Assembly: GCA_963707505.1 (NCBI GenBank)
Contig: CAVPQB010000004.1
Span: forward strand, 608,001 to 672,000
Origin: an uncultured Gemmatimonadales bacterium
GTDB taxonomy: Bacteria > Gemmatimonadota > Gemmatimonadetes > Gemmatimonadales > Gemmatimonadaceae
Direction of reading: 5' to 3'
Length of the DNA stretch: 64,000 bases
The notes beneath the pieces are model-generated. The model saw only the letters and a program-made list of their open reading frames with translations. It was not told the origin of the DNA and searched no databases. The number at the start of each line of letters is the position of its first letter. The first letter of the stretch is position 1. Positions 20,401 to 29,476 of the stretch are shown here, piece by piece. A program made the translations under genes and the position numbers.

Positions 20401-21855
20401 ATGAAGACTTCGAGATATTCCCCGGTGGCGACGTATGCGCTCGTGCTCGCGCTGACGGCGCGGCTCGTCGCTGCGCCCGACGTGACGGCCGCACAACGTC
20501 CTGCACTTTCGCGCAACGTGCGCCAGTACGTGGCCATCGACACATCAGTTGTCGCACTGACTCACGTGCGCGTGATCGACGGGACCGGCGCGCAACCCCG
20601 TGACGACCAGACATTGATTCTGCGCGATGGGAAAATCGCCGAGGTCGGGAACAGCGCGACGATCACGCCACCGGCGAACGCGCAGATACTTGACCTCACT
20701 GGCAAGTCGGTGATTCCCGGGCTCGTGATGATGCACGAGCATCTGTTCTATCCAACGGGCCCGGGTGTGTACGGCAATGTCGCCGAAAGCTTCACGCGAT
20801 TGTATCTCGCCGGCGGGGTGACGTCGATGCGTACTGGCGGAAACGTCAACGGCTACGGCGAGATCAACATCGCGCGCGCGATAAAGAACGGTGATAAACC
20901 TGGCCCGTGGATCGACGCGAGCGCGCCGTATCTGCAGGGACCCGGGCTCGGCATCGGCCAGATGTACGAGCTCAAGGATGCGAACGACGCGCGCCGCATG
21001 GTGAATTTCTGGGCCGACGCGGGGGCGACTTCGTTCAAGGCGTACATGAACATCACGCGCGCGGAGCTGGCGGCTGCAGTGCAGGAGGTGCACAAGCGCG
21101 GGTTCAAGATCACCGGACACCTCTGCTCCGTGACGTACCGCGAAGCGATTGCAGCCGGGATCGACGATCTGGAGCACGGCTTCTTCGTATCAACGGATTT
21201 TGATACATCGAAGAAGCCGGACGTGTGCCCCGGACAGGCGTCTGGGATGGCGTCGATGGCCGCTGTCGATCCGAGCAGTGCGCAATTCAAGGCGCTGATC
21301 GCCGATCTGATCGCGCATCACGTTGCGATAACCTCCACGCTCACGGTGTTCGAAACGTTCACTCCCGGCCAGCCGATGCCGCCCGGTCTGGATGTATTGG
21401 ACCCAATACTCAAGCAGCGATTCGAGAAGTTCTACGCGACGGTGCAGGGTAACGACCATTCCATCTACTCGGCGCTGTTCGCGAAGGACCGAGCGATGGA
21501 GCTTCAGTTCGCGCGGGCGGGCGGTCTGTTGATCGCGGGAACCGATCCTACGGGAGCGGGCGGGGTCGTTCCCGGCTACTCGGACCAGCGGCAGGTGGAG
21601 CTGCTCGTAGGGAGCGGGTTCACGCCTCTCGAAGCGATAAAAATCTGCACAATGAACGGCGCGACGTACCTGGGGCGATCGAGCGTGATCGGCTCGATCG
21701 CGACCGGCAAACAGGCTGACCTGGTCGTAATTAACGGCGACCCCGCGAGAAACGTCTCTGACATCAGGAAAGTTGAGTTGGTCTTCAAGCAGGGTGTTGG
21801 CTACGACCCGGCCAAATTGATCGCGTCGGTGAAAGGGCAAGTGGGGCTTTTCTAG
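20401..21855 (+). CDS. Secreted amidohydrolase family protein
   Basis: Signal peptide, PGLVMMHEH, LEHG, AGTD and GKQADLVV. Confidence 0.88.
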   Translation: MKTSRYSPVATYALVLALTARLVAAPDVTAAQRPALSRNVRQYVAIDTSVVALTHVRVIDGTGAQPRDDQTLILRDGKIAEVGNSATITPPANAQILDLTGKSVIPGLVMMHEHLFYPTGPGVYGNVAESFTRLYLAGGVTSMRTGGNVNGYGEINIARAIKNGDKPGPWIDASAPYLQGPGLGIGQMYELKDANDARRMVNFWADAGATSFKAYMNITRAELAAAVQEVHKRGFKITGHLCSVTYREAIAAGIDDLEHGFFVSTDFDTSKKPDVCPGQASGMASMAAVDPSSAQFKALIADLIAHHVAITSTLTVFETFTPGQPMPPGLDVLDPILKQRFEKFYATVQGNDHSIYSALFAKDRAMELQFARAGGLLIAGTDPTGAGGVVPGYSDQRQVELLVGSGFTPLEAIKICTMNGATYLGRSSVIGSIATGKQADLVVINGDPARNVSDIRKVELVFKQGVGYDPAKLIASVKGQVGLF

Positions 21856-22455
21856 ATGAATGAGCCCCGCTTCGTTCTCGCGTCCGCGTCACCGCGCCGG
21901 CGTGAGCTCCTGGACCTGATTGGTATCAAGCACACCGTGGATCCGGCCGACATCGACGAATCGATGCACGCCGCCGAGCTGCCGGCGGCGCACGTCGAAC
22001 GTCTTGCGCGGGAGAAAGCGTCGAAGGTAGCGGCGCGACATCGCGATGCGTTGGTGATCGCCGCGGATACGGTTGTAGTTCTGGATGGACGGGTGATGGG
22101 TAAGCCACGTACGGAAGACGAAGCGTGCAGCATGCTTTCGGATCTGAGCGGCGCAACTCACACGGTACTGACAGGGATGGCCTGCACGTTCAACGGCGCA
22201 TTGGAGTCCTCCGTAGATGATGTGTCAGTGACCTTCCGAAGCTTGTCGAGAGATGAAATTCGCGAATACATCGCGACCGGTGAGCCGATGGACAAGGCTG
22301 GGTCGTACGGTATTCAGGGTTACGGTGCAACAATAGTACGACGCATTGACGGCGACTATTTCGCGGTGATGGGGCTGTCGCTGGTACGGTTAGTCGAACT
22401 GATGCAAAAATTGCGCGTTCGCTATCACTTCGGCGGAGCGACGCGACACACCTAG
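21856..22455 (+). CDS. maf: Maf family nucleotide pyrophosphatase
   Basis: LASASPRRRELL, AADTVV and DKAGSYGIQG. Confidence 0.93.
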   Translation: MNEPRFVLASASPRRRELLDLIGIKHTVDPADIDESMHAAELPAAHVERLAREKASKVAARHRDALVIAADTVVVLDGRVMGKPRTEDEACSMLSDLSGATHTVLTGMACTFNGALESSVDDVSVTFRSLSRDEIREYIATGEPMDKAGSYGIQGYGATIVRRIDGDYFAVMGLSLVRLVELMQKLRVRYHFGGATRHT

Positions 22456-22488
22456 ATTGCCCCGCCCTGCGGGGCGGGAAATGCGGTC

Positions 22489-25400
22489 ATGCGCAAGTCT
22501 TTCGTTCTGTTTGCAGCGCTACTGCTTGGGATCGGGATCAATTCCCGTCCGGCGCAGGCGCAGATAGGTAGCACCACAGACATCGTGACCGGTCGCGTGC
22601 TCGGCCCTGACGGAAAGCCACTCGAAAACGTGACCGTGGCTGTGAAGTCTGCAGAGAGCGGGATCACGCGTACCAAGCGTACTGGCGCTGACGGGCGATA
22701 CACGATTCTCTTTCCCGATGGCGGCGGTCAGTACCGTGTCGAATTTCGCGCGATTGGTTTCGCGCCGATTTCGCGCAACGTCGCGCGGCAGGGCGACGAG
22801 GATCGGCTCGTCACCGACGTCCAGATCGGTACGCAGGTCGCCGCGAAGCTGTCCACAGTCGCCGTAACGGCGCGTAACGGTGGGCGCGACCGTGGCGCGG
22901 CGCCTACACCTGGCGAAAGCGGACGCACCCTCTCATCTGAGCAGCTCGAGCGACTACCAGTCGACATGAGCGACATCTCCGCGATCGCAGCGATGGCGCC
23001 AGGCGTCGTTGGAATCGCCGGGAATGACACGACAGCCGCTGCGTTCTCCGTCGCCGGCCAGCGCTCGACGCTCAACAACACGACACTCGATGGTCTCTCG
23101 TTCGGGAGCTTCTCCGTGCCTGCGGAGGGATTGCGCAGCACGCGCGTGGTGACGAACACGTACGATCCATCCAAGGGTCAGTTCAGCGGCGGGGAGATTG
23201 CATCTACCACGCGCGGTGGAACGAACGAGCTCACCGGCGGGTTCACGTACTCCCGGCGTGATCCGGTGCTCGAGTTTGAAGGTGCGGACAGCGCGGCAGT
23301 CTCACCGACGTATCTGCAGGATCAGATAAGCGCAGGACTGGGCGGTCCGATAATCAAGGACAAGATGTTCGTCTTCGGATCTGCACAGCTGCGCAGACGC
23401 AGCGATCCGGTGCAATCGCTGCTCGCGTCATCGCCGGCAACACTATCAACGCTCGGACTCGATCCGGCTTCGGTGCAGGCTTTCGAGTCACAGGTAAACG
23501 CGCTCGGGATTCCATCGCCCACGGCGGTACCAGACCGACGCATCGGCGACAACACGGTCGGCCTACTTCGTCTCGACTATTTCCTGAACGACGCGAACAG
23601 CCTCACGATTCGCGGTGACTATCGTGGAAGCACGCAGGACCCGACTCGCTCGAATCCGTATGCGCTTCCGTCCAGCGCGGGCGCAAGCACGACGACTGGC
23701 GCAGGTCTCGCGGCGACGCTCACATCCAATTTCGAGAGCGGCATCATCAACGAGCTGCGCACCTATTATTCGCGCGACAACAATCATTCCGAAGGATACC
23801 TGACGCTTCCAGCGGGGCGTGTGCGGATCAGCTCGCCGCTGGCGGATGGGACTCAGGCTCTCAGCGTCATCAGCTTCGGCGGTAATCCGGGCTTCCCGCA
23901 AGCCGGAAGCTCGGCGCTGCTCGAAGCGGCAGACGAGGTTTCATATCTCAGCAAGGATCGCACACACCGCGTGCGGCTCGGAACTTTATTCGATCTGAAT
24001 ACGTTTCGCCAGAACGTCACCAACAACAGACTCGGGACGTTCACTTACAACTCGCTTGGCGCGTTTCTATCCGATACACCCGACAGCTACAGCAGAACTC
24101 TTCTGTCTCAGGAGCGGGCTGGCAAGACGGTCGCAGGCGCCGTGTATCTGGGCGACACGTGGCGGCCAAACCGCCAGGTGCAGGTCGTGTATGGCGTTCG
24201 CGCGGAAGGAACGAAGGTCGATGATGCGCCGCCGCTCAACTCCGACGTCGAATCGAAATTCGGTCTTCGCACGAACGATTTTCCGACGGAGGTCCACTTC
24301 AGTCCGCGTGCGGGATTCTCGATCAATCTGACCAAGCCGAATCCCAACGATCCGTTCTCCCAATTCCAGCCGGCATTTCTGCTTCGCGGCGGAATCGGTG
24401 AGTTCCGCGCAAAGACTCCAACGGGATTGTTCACATCCGCTGCAGGCGCAACGGGATTGGTCAACACCGAGCAGCAGGTCTCTTGTATCGGGCCAGCTGT
24501 TCCGATGCCGGACTGGCAGAGCTATCTCGGAGATCCGACGACCGCGCCGACGTCATGTGTAGGAAACAGTTCGATACCGCAGAACTTCTCGTCAGTCAGC
24601 CCCTCGGTCACGCTGTTCGCGCCTGATTTCGAAGCGCCGCGCTCGTGGCGCGCCTCACTCGGTCTCCAGCACAGGCTGATCGGCAACATCACCCTGTCGG
24701 CTGATGCTAGCTACGCCCGAGGTGTCGCGTTGTATGGAGTACAGGATCTCAATCTCAACACGACACCGGCGTTCAAGCTTGCTGACGAGGGCAATCGGCC
24801 GGTCTATGCCCCTGCGGCTGCAATCGTAACCGGAACGGGACAGGTAACATCGGGTGGCTCGCGCATTTATCCCGAGTACGGCCAGGTGCTCGAGCTCACG
24901 TCGGGACTGCAAAGCGATACCCGTCAACTGACGCTGTCTCTCAACGGCGCAACTGCTGGTGGAACGTTCTTTACATTCGCGTACACGCTGCAACGTACAC
25001 GCGATCAGTCATCTTTCACCTGCTGCTCGGCAGCGCAGGGATTCGCATCACCGACGACGGCAGGAAATCCGAACATCAGCGAATGGGCCCCAGGCGATCA
25101 GGACATTCGCAACACCATTCAGACTTACTTCACGAAGCCCGTCAAGGACTGGCTCGAGATCACCGCGAACGCACGGCTCAGCTCAGGTGCGCCGTTCACG
25201 CCGATCGTATCGGGTGACATAAACGGCGACGGATCACACAACGATCGCGCCTTCATATTCAATCCCGCGACCGCAAGCAATCCTGCCATCGCGTCGGCGA
25301 TGAAGGAGTTGCTCGCGAGCTCACCGGCCAACGTGCGCGACTGCCTCACGTCACAGCTCGGAACCGTGGCTGGGCGCAACAGCTGCCGGGGACCGTGGAC

Positions 25401-26130
25401 TCCGTCGCTCGACATGCAGATGAACTTCCGTCCCGACGGATTCAGTCTTCATCGCAAGATGACGTTCTCGCTCGTTGGATCGAACGTGCTCGCGGGCCTG
25501 GATCAGCTGCTGCACGGCAGCAACCTGCGCGGTTGGGGTCAGTTCAATCGCGCCGACCCGACGCTGCTCTATGTACGCGGTTTCGATCCGGTCAAGCAGG
25601 AGTTCATCTACGACGTGAACGGGCGCTTCGGCTCCAATAGCTCCGCGCGCGCAGTCTACCGTCAGCCGTTCGTGCTTGCGTTGCAGGCCAAGCTCGCGCT
25701 CGGGCCCGACCCACGGGACCGCTTCAGGCAGATCTTCGCAGCGCGCACGGATAGCTCGTCGATTGCGTCGTCAGCGGTACAGAATCCGGTTGCACAGATC
25801 ATACAGATGCGCGACTCGCTGAATCTGAACGACGCGCAGGTAACGCAGCTCACGACGGTCTCCGATACGCTTGCCGCGCAAGCGCTGGCGCTTGGTGTGC
25901 AGATCAGGGCGGAGGTGGCCAAGCAGGGCTCCGGGAATCCGCAGGCGATAATGTCGAAGATTCGTCCGCAGATCGTTGCAGGCCGACAGAATCTCACTGC
26001 GGCGATGGCTCAGGTGCAGAAGATTCTGACGCCGGATCAGTGGAAGAAGGTGCCTGAGAACATCAAGAATCCGCCGGCGTTCGGCGGTCCCGGTGGTGGC
26101 CGCCGCGGGGGTCGCGGGCCGGGCGAATAA
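22489..26130 (+). CDS. Oar-like TonB-dependent outer-membrane protein with carboxypeptidase-regulatory-like N-domain
   Basis: Signal peptide, TGRVLGPDGKPL...TGADGRY, TRGGTNE, beta-barrel segments, GDINGDG motif and helical C-terminal extension. Confidence 0.8.
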   Translation: MRKSFVLFAALLLGIGINSRPAQAQIGSTTDIVTGRVLGPDGKPLENVTVAVKSAESGITRTKRTGADGRYTILFPDGGGQYRVEFRAIGFAPISRNVARQGDEDRLVTDVQIGTQVAAKLSTVAVTARNGGRDRGAAPTPGESGRTLSSEQLERLPVDMSDISAIAAMAPGVVGIAGNDTTAAAFSVAGQRSTLNNTTLDGLSFGSFSVPAEGLRSTRVVTNTYDPSKGQFSGGEIASTTRGGTNELTGGFTYSRRDPVLEFEGADSAAVSPTYLQDQISAGLGGPIIKDKMFVFGSAQLRRRSDPVQSLLASSPATLSTLGLDPASVQAFESQVNALGIPSPTAVPDRRIGDNTVGLLRLDYFLNDANSLTIRGDYRGSTQDPTRSNPYALPSSAGASTTTGAGLAATLTSNFESGIINELRTYYSRDNNHSEGYLTLPAGRVRISSPLADGTQALSVISFGGNPGFPQAGSSALLEAADEVSYLSKDRTHRVRLGTLFDLNTFRQNVTNNRLGTFTYNSLGAFLSDTPDSYSRTLLSQERAGKTVAGAVYLGDTWRPNRQVQVVYGVRAEGTKVDDAPPLNSDVESKFGLRTNDFPTEVHFSPRAGFSINLTKPNPNDPFSQFQPAFLLRGGIGEFRAKTPTGLFTSAAGATGLVNTEQQVSCIGPAVPMPDWQSYLGDPTTAPTSCVGNSSIPQNFSSVSPSVTLFAPDFEAPRSWRASLGLQHRLIGNITLSADASYARGVALYGVQDLNLNTTPAFKLADEGNRPVYAPAAAIVTGTGQVTSGGSRIYPEYGQVLELTSGLQSDTRQLTLSLNGATAGGTFFTFAYTLQRTRDQSSFTCCSAAQGFASPTTAGNPNISEWAPGDQDIRNTIQTYFTKPVKDWLEITANARLSSGAPFTPIVSGDINGDGSHNDRAFIFNPATASNPAIASAMKELLASSPANVRDCLTSQLGTVAGRNSCRGPWTPSLDMQMNFRPDGFSLHRKMTFSLVGSNVLAGLDQLLHGSNLRGWGQFNRADPTLLYVRGFDPVKQEFIYDVNGRFGSNSSARAVYRQPFVLALQAKLALGPDPRDRFRQIFAARTDSSSIASSAVQNPVAQIIQMRDSLNLNDAQVTQLTTVSDTLAAQALALGVQIRAEVAKQGSGNPQAIMSKIRPQIVAGRQNLTAAMAQVQKILTPDQWKKVPENIKNPPAFGGPGGGRRGGRGPGE

Positions 26131-26133
26131 CCG

Positions 26134-27168
26134 TCACGCCGAATATCGTTGCCGCCACACTTCGACGCGTGCCAGCACGTCGTCGACGGTGATGCGCGGC
26201 ATGCGGCCGGGCCGATTCTCCATGGTGGGCACGTAATTCTCTCCATCATTGGCGTATGCATCGATCATGAGATCGTGAAAGCGCCGATAGGGGCCCGTTC
26301 TTTTCGGGTTGGTGTAGCCGAGTAGCGAGATTACTGGGCGGTTCATGGCCACGGCCATGTGAAGCGGACCTGTGTCTGGTGCCAACACGAGCGCAGACGC
26401 GTCGAGGATGCTGATGAGCTTGCGCAGACCACTACCAAGCTCGGAGCGAATCGGAGTCGAAGCGCGCTGTCTGATTATTCGTTCCGCATCGAGCTCGCGT
26501 GCGGAGCGGCCGCCCACAAGCACGGGCTGCAATCCGTAATCGGAATACAGCGCGTCACACACGGCTGCCCAGCGCTCGGGGAGCCAGTCCTTTTCGGGCT
26601 TGCTCGTCGCGACGACGATGGCAGCGACGGGACGCTCGAACTGTGAAATCCAATCCGCCTGCCACGCGCGCTCGCCGGCCCATGGGCCGATGTTCCATTC
26701 GAGCGGCGCATAGGGAACTTCCAGATACTCGAGAAATTCGAGGTACTGGTCCTGCACGTGCCTTATGGGACGCGGTGGAATCTTCCTGTTCGTGAACAGC
26801 CAGTTGAGATCGCGCGCGCGCGCGCGATCGAAACCGAGCTTGACTGTCGCGTCAGCGAGTGCGGTAACGATACCGGCCTTGAAGTAGACCTGGAGGTCGA
26901 TCAGCAGATCGAACTCGTGCGTGCGGAGCCGCGGACGCAGATCGGTGAACGAGCGGATGCCGAGCGATCTATCGAACTCGATTATCTCATCGACTGATGG
27001 GTGGCCGCGTACCATGGTGGCCGGTACTGCCTGGAGGATCCATGAGATGGTGCATGCCGGCCGGTATCGCTTGAGCGCAGTTACCAAGGGGAGGGCGTGT
27101 ACCACGTCGCCCGCGGCGGACATCAGCATGATACATATTCTGTCCAAGCGCACGTCGGCTCGGCTCAC
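26134..27168 (-). CDS. Glycosyltransferase family 9 (LPS heptosyltransferase-like)
   Basis: SAAGDVVHALP, DLQ and PDTGPLHMAVA. Confidence 0.9.
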   Translation of the reverse strand: MSRADVRLDRICIMLMSAAGDVVHALPLVTALKRYRPACTISWILQAVPATMVRGHPSVDEIIEFDRSLGIRSFTDLRPRLRTHEFDLLIDLQVYFKAGIVTALADATVKLGFDRARARDLNWLFTNRKIPPRPIRHVQDQYLEFLEYLEVPYAPLEWNIGPWAGERAWQADWISQFERPVAAIVVATSKPEKDWLPERWAAVCDALYSDYGLQPVLVGGRSARELDAERIIRQRASTPIRSELGSGLRKLISILDASALVLAPDTGPLHMAVAMNRPVISLLGYTNPKRTGPYRRFHDLMIDAYANDGENYVPTMENRPGRMPRITVDDVLARVEVWRQRYSA

Positions 27169-27941
27169 GCTGGTTGCGCCGCCGCTGCCAGAGCCAGGTA
27201 TGACATGTCGTCGTCGGACAATGCGTTAGTGCGCGGCGCCAGTCGCGTACGCCACTGGCGCAGAGACCGCATGAGCCGCTCGATGTTGGCGCGCGCGACA
27301 AGCGGATCGCCGGGAACGTGGAAGTGCACACGGTCGACATCCAGTACGTGTGCGATGTATCCGTCATCACCGGAAGTGATGAGCACGTTCTTGAGATTGA
27401 GGTCCGGATGCTGCGCGCCCGTTGCGGTGAGCCGCGACAGGAGCCGCGCCACCGCATCGAGAATCGGGTGACGCTGTGCGTCGTTGCGCACGTCACCAAA
27501 CACCGCCGAAAGATCTGCGCTGCCTTCCACGAAGCGCGTGACGACGTCGGCGCGCCGAAAGAAGCCGCCGGCTGGATATGTACCGACCGCCAGTACTTCC
27601 GGCGTCGGAACGCCGCCGAGGCGCAGGCGGAACGCCGCGGTCAGCTCGCGGGCCACACGAGTGGGCGGAAGGAACCGGTCGTGCAACAACCGGCCGACGA
27701 AGCCGCCGCGCATTACATGACGTACGGCGACGCGGCCTGTCAGGGGCGGAAAGTTTATCGCATACACCGGCGCGCGCCCCTGAAACACCAGCGCGTCCGG
27801 CACTTTCGACGCATACGTGTACAGTGTGTCGTGTTCCAGAATCGCGCGCGTCGTCTCCGCCAGCGCGCGCGCCACGAGAATATTCGCGCCGTCGACCGTT
27901 ATGTGTTCGTAACCGGTGATCGGGATCAGCTCCGAGCTCAT
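27165..27941 (-). CDS. Kdo kinase / InaA-family LPS kinase
   Basis: VRHVMRGG, HPDLNLKNVL, LDVDR and NIERLMRS; coupled to the GT9 gene. Confidence 0.82.
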   Translation of the reverse strand: MSSELIPITGYEHITVDGANILVARALAETTRAILEHDTLYTYASKVPDALVFQGRAPVYAINFPPLTGRVAVRHVMRGGFVGRLLHDRFLPPTRVARELTAAFRLRLGGVPTPEVLAVGTYPAGGFFRRADVVTRFVEGSADLSAVFGDVRNDAQRHPILDAVARLLSRLTATGAQHPDLNLKNVLITSGDDGYIAHVLDVDRVHFHVPGDPLVARANIERLMRSLRQWRTRLAPRTNALSDDDMSYLALAAAAQPA

Positions 27942-29461
27942 CCGCCATCCCGCGCGACTGCCTGCGACGGTGTAATCTTGGTGCGCACCTGTGCGATGGC
28001 CGTCAACACAGCGCGCGCCTTGTTCTCGGTCTCGATCCACTCGGATTCCGGAACCGAATCCGCGACGATTCCTGCGCCTGCCTGTGCGGAAGCAACCCCG
28101 TTCGCAATCACACACGTGCGAATCGTAATCGCGAGATCTATCCGCTCTCCGCCCCAGCCGATGTATCCTACCGCGCCCGCATACGCTCCGCGACGCTCCG
28201 GCTCCAGCTCATCGATGATCTCCATCGCGCGTACTTTCGGTGCGCCGGTCATCGTGCCAGCGGGGAAGGTCGCACGCAACACATCCGCGACGCCGATCTC
28301 TGGACGCGCGGTTCCGTCGACCTGGCTCACGATATGAAGAACGTGCGAGTACTTCTCGACGCACATGAAGTCACTCACCGTTACCGTGCCGTACTCGGCG
28401 ACGCGTCCCACATCGTTGCGCCCCAGATCGACCAGCATGACATGCTCGGCGCGCTCCTTCTCGTCCGCCAGGAGGTCGGTCGTCATGCGGTCGTCCTCTT
28501 CTGCGGTCTTGCCGCGCGGGCGCGTGCCTGCGATCGGACGAACCGTGACCTGACGATTGGCGAGACGCACCAGAAGCTCCGGCGAGCTGCCGACAAGCTC
28601 TGTGCCGTCCAGGTCGAGATGATACATGTACGGCGACGGGTTCAGCGCGCGCAGTGCGCGGTACAGATCCGAGCTGTCGAAGTCGTGCTCGACATCGATG
28701 CGCCGCGCGAGCAGGCACTGGAAGCAATCGCCGGCGCGAATGTACTCCTTGATGCGCTCGACGTCGGCGACAAATCTATCGTGCTCGTAGTTGGATTTGC
28801 CGATCAGCTCTTTCGTTGGAGCGCCGAGTGAGAGCGGCTCGAGTGGAGAAGGATCGAGCAGACGCGCGGCGATCGCGTCGAGCTCCGCCTGCGCATCACC
28901 GTACAACTCTCGCAGCTCGTATTCACTTGCGTTACGTGGAACGGGCACGGACACGATGAGCCGTCCCTGCGACCGCAGGTTGTCGATCACCACGAGTCCA
29001 CGCGTGAAGACGAACAGCGCGTCGGGTATGTCGAGCTTTTTACGGGGCGGATTCGGAAGCGATTCGATCGCGCGCACGACATCATAGCCGAGGTAGCCGA
29101 CTGCGCCGCCCCAGAACACGCCCAGCTCCGGCACTTGCGCCGGTGCATGCTCCTTTACCAGCCGCTCCAGATCAGCCAGAGGGTCGGTAACCTGGCGTTC
29201 CGTGTGCCAGCCGTGGGATTGCGACCAGTCCGAGACGACCCCATCCGACAGCGACCATGCCGAGCGCGGCTCCGTACCCATGAACGTGTAGCGTGACCAC
29301 GTTTCGCTGCCGGCCGGCGCCGACTCCAGAAGGAAGGCGAAACCGCCCCTCCGGAGCTTCGCGAAGGCTGAAACAGGGGTGTCGATATCCAACAGCACGT
29401 CGCGCCAGACAGGGACGAGGCCGGCCGTTGCTGCGTGCGCTCGAAAACGGTCGAAATCCAT
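27938..29461 (-). CDS. trpE: Anthranilate synthase component I
   Basis: FLLES, NPSPYMY, PIAGTRPRG, EHVMLVDLGRND, TGAPKVRAM and GAGIVADS. Confidence 0.92.
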   Translation of the reverse strand: MDFDRFRAHAATAGLVPVWRDVLLDIDTPVSAFAKLRRGGFAFLLESAPAGSETWSRYTFMGTEPRSAWSLSDGVVSDWSQSHGWHTERQVTDPLADLERLVKEHAPAQVPELGVFWGGAVGYLGYDVVRAIESLPNPPRKKLDIPDALFVFTRGLVVIDNLRSQGRLIVSVPVPRNASEYELRELYGDAQAELDAIAARLLDPSPLEPLSLGAPTKELIGKSNYEHDRFVADVERIKEYIRAGDCFQCLLARRIDVEHDFDSSDLYRALRALNPSPYMYHLDLDGTELVGSSPELLVRLANRQVTVRPIAGTRPRGKTAEEDDRMTTDLLADEKERAEHVMLVDLGRNDVGRVAEYGTVTVSDFMCVEKYSHVLHIVSQVDGTARPEIGVADVLRATFPAGTMTGAPKVRAMEIIDELEPERRGAYAGAVGYIGWGGERIDLAITIRTCVIANGVASAQAGAGIVADSVPESEWIETENKARAVLTAIAQVRTKITPSQAVARDGG

Positions 29462-29476
29462 GCGTTAAGTTGAGGG

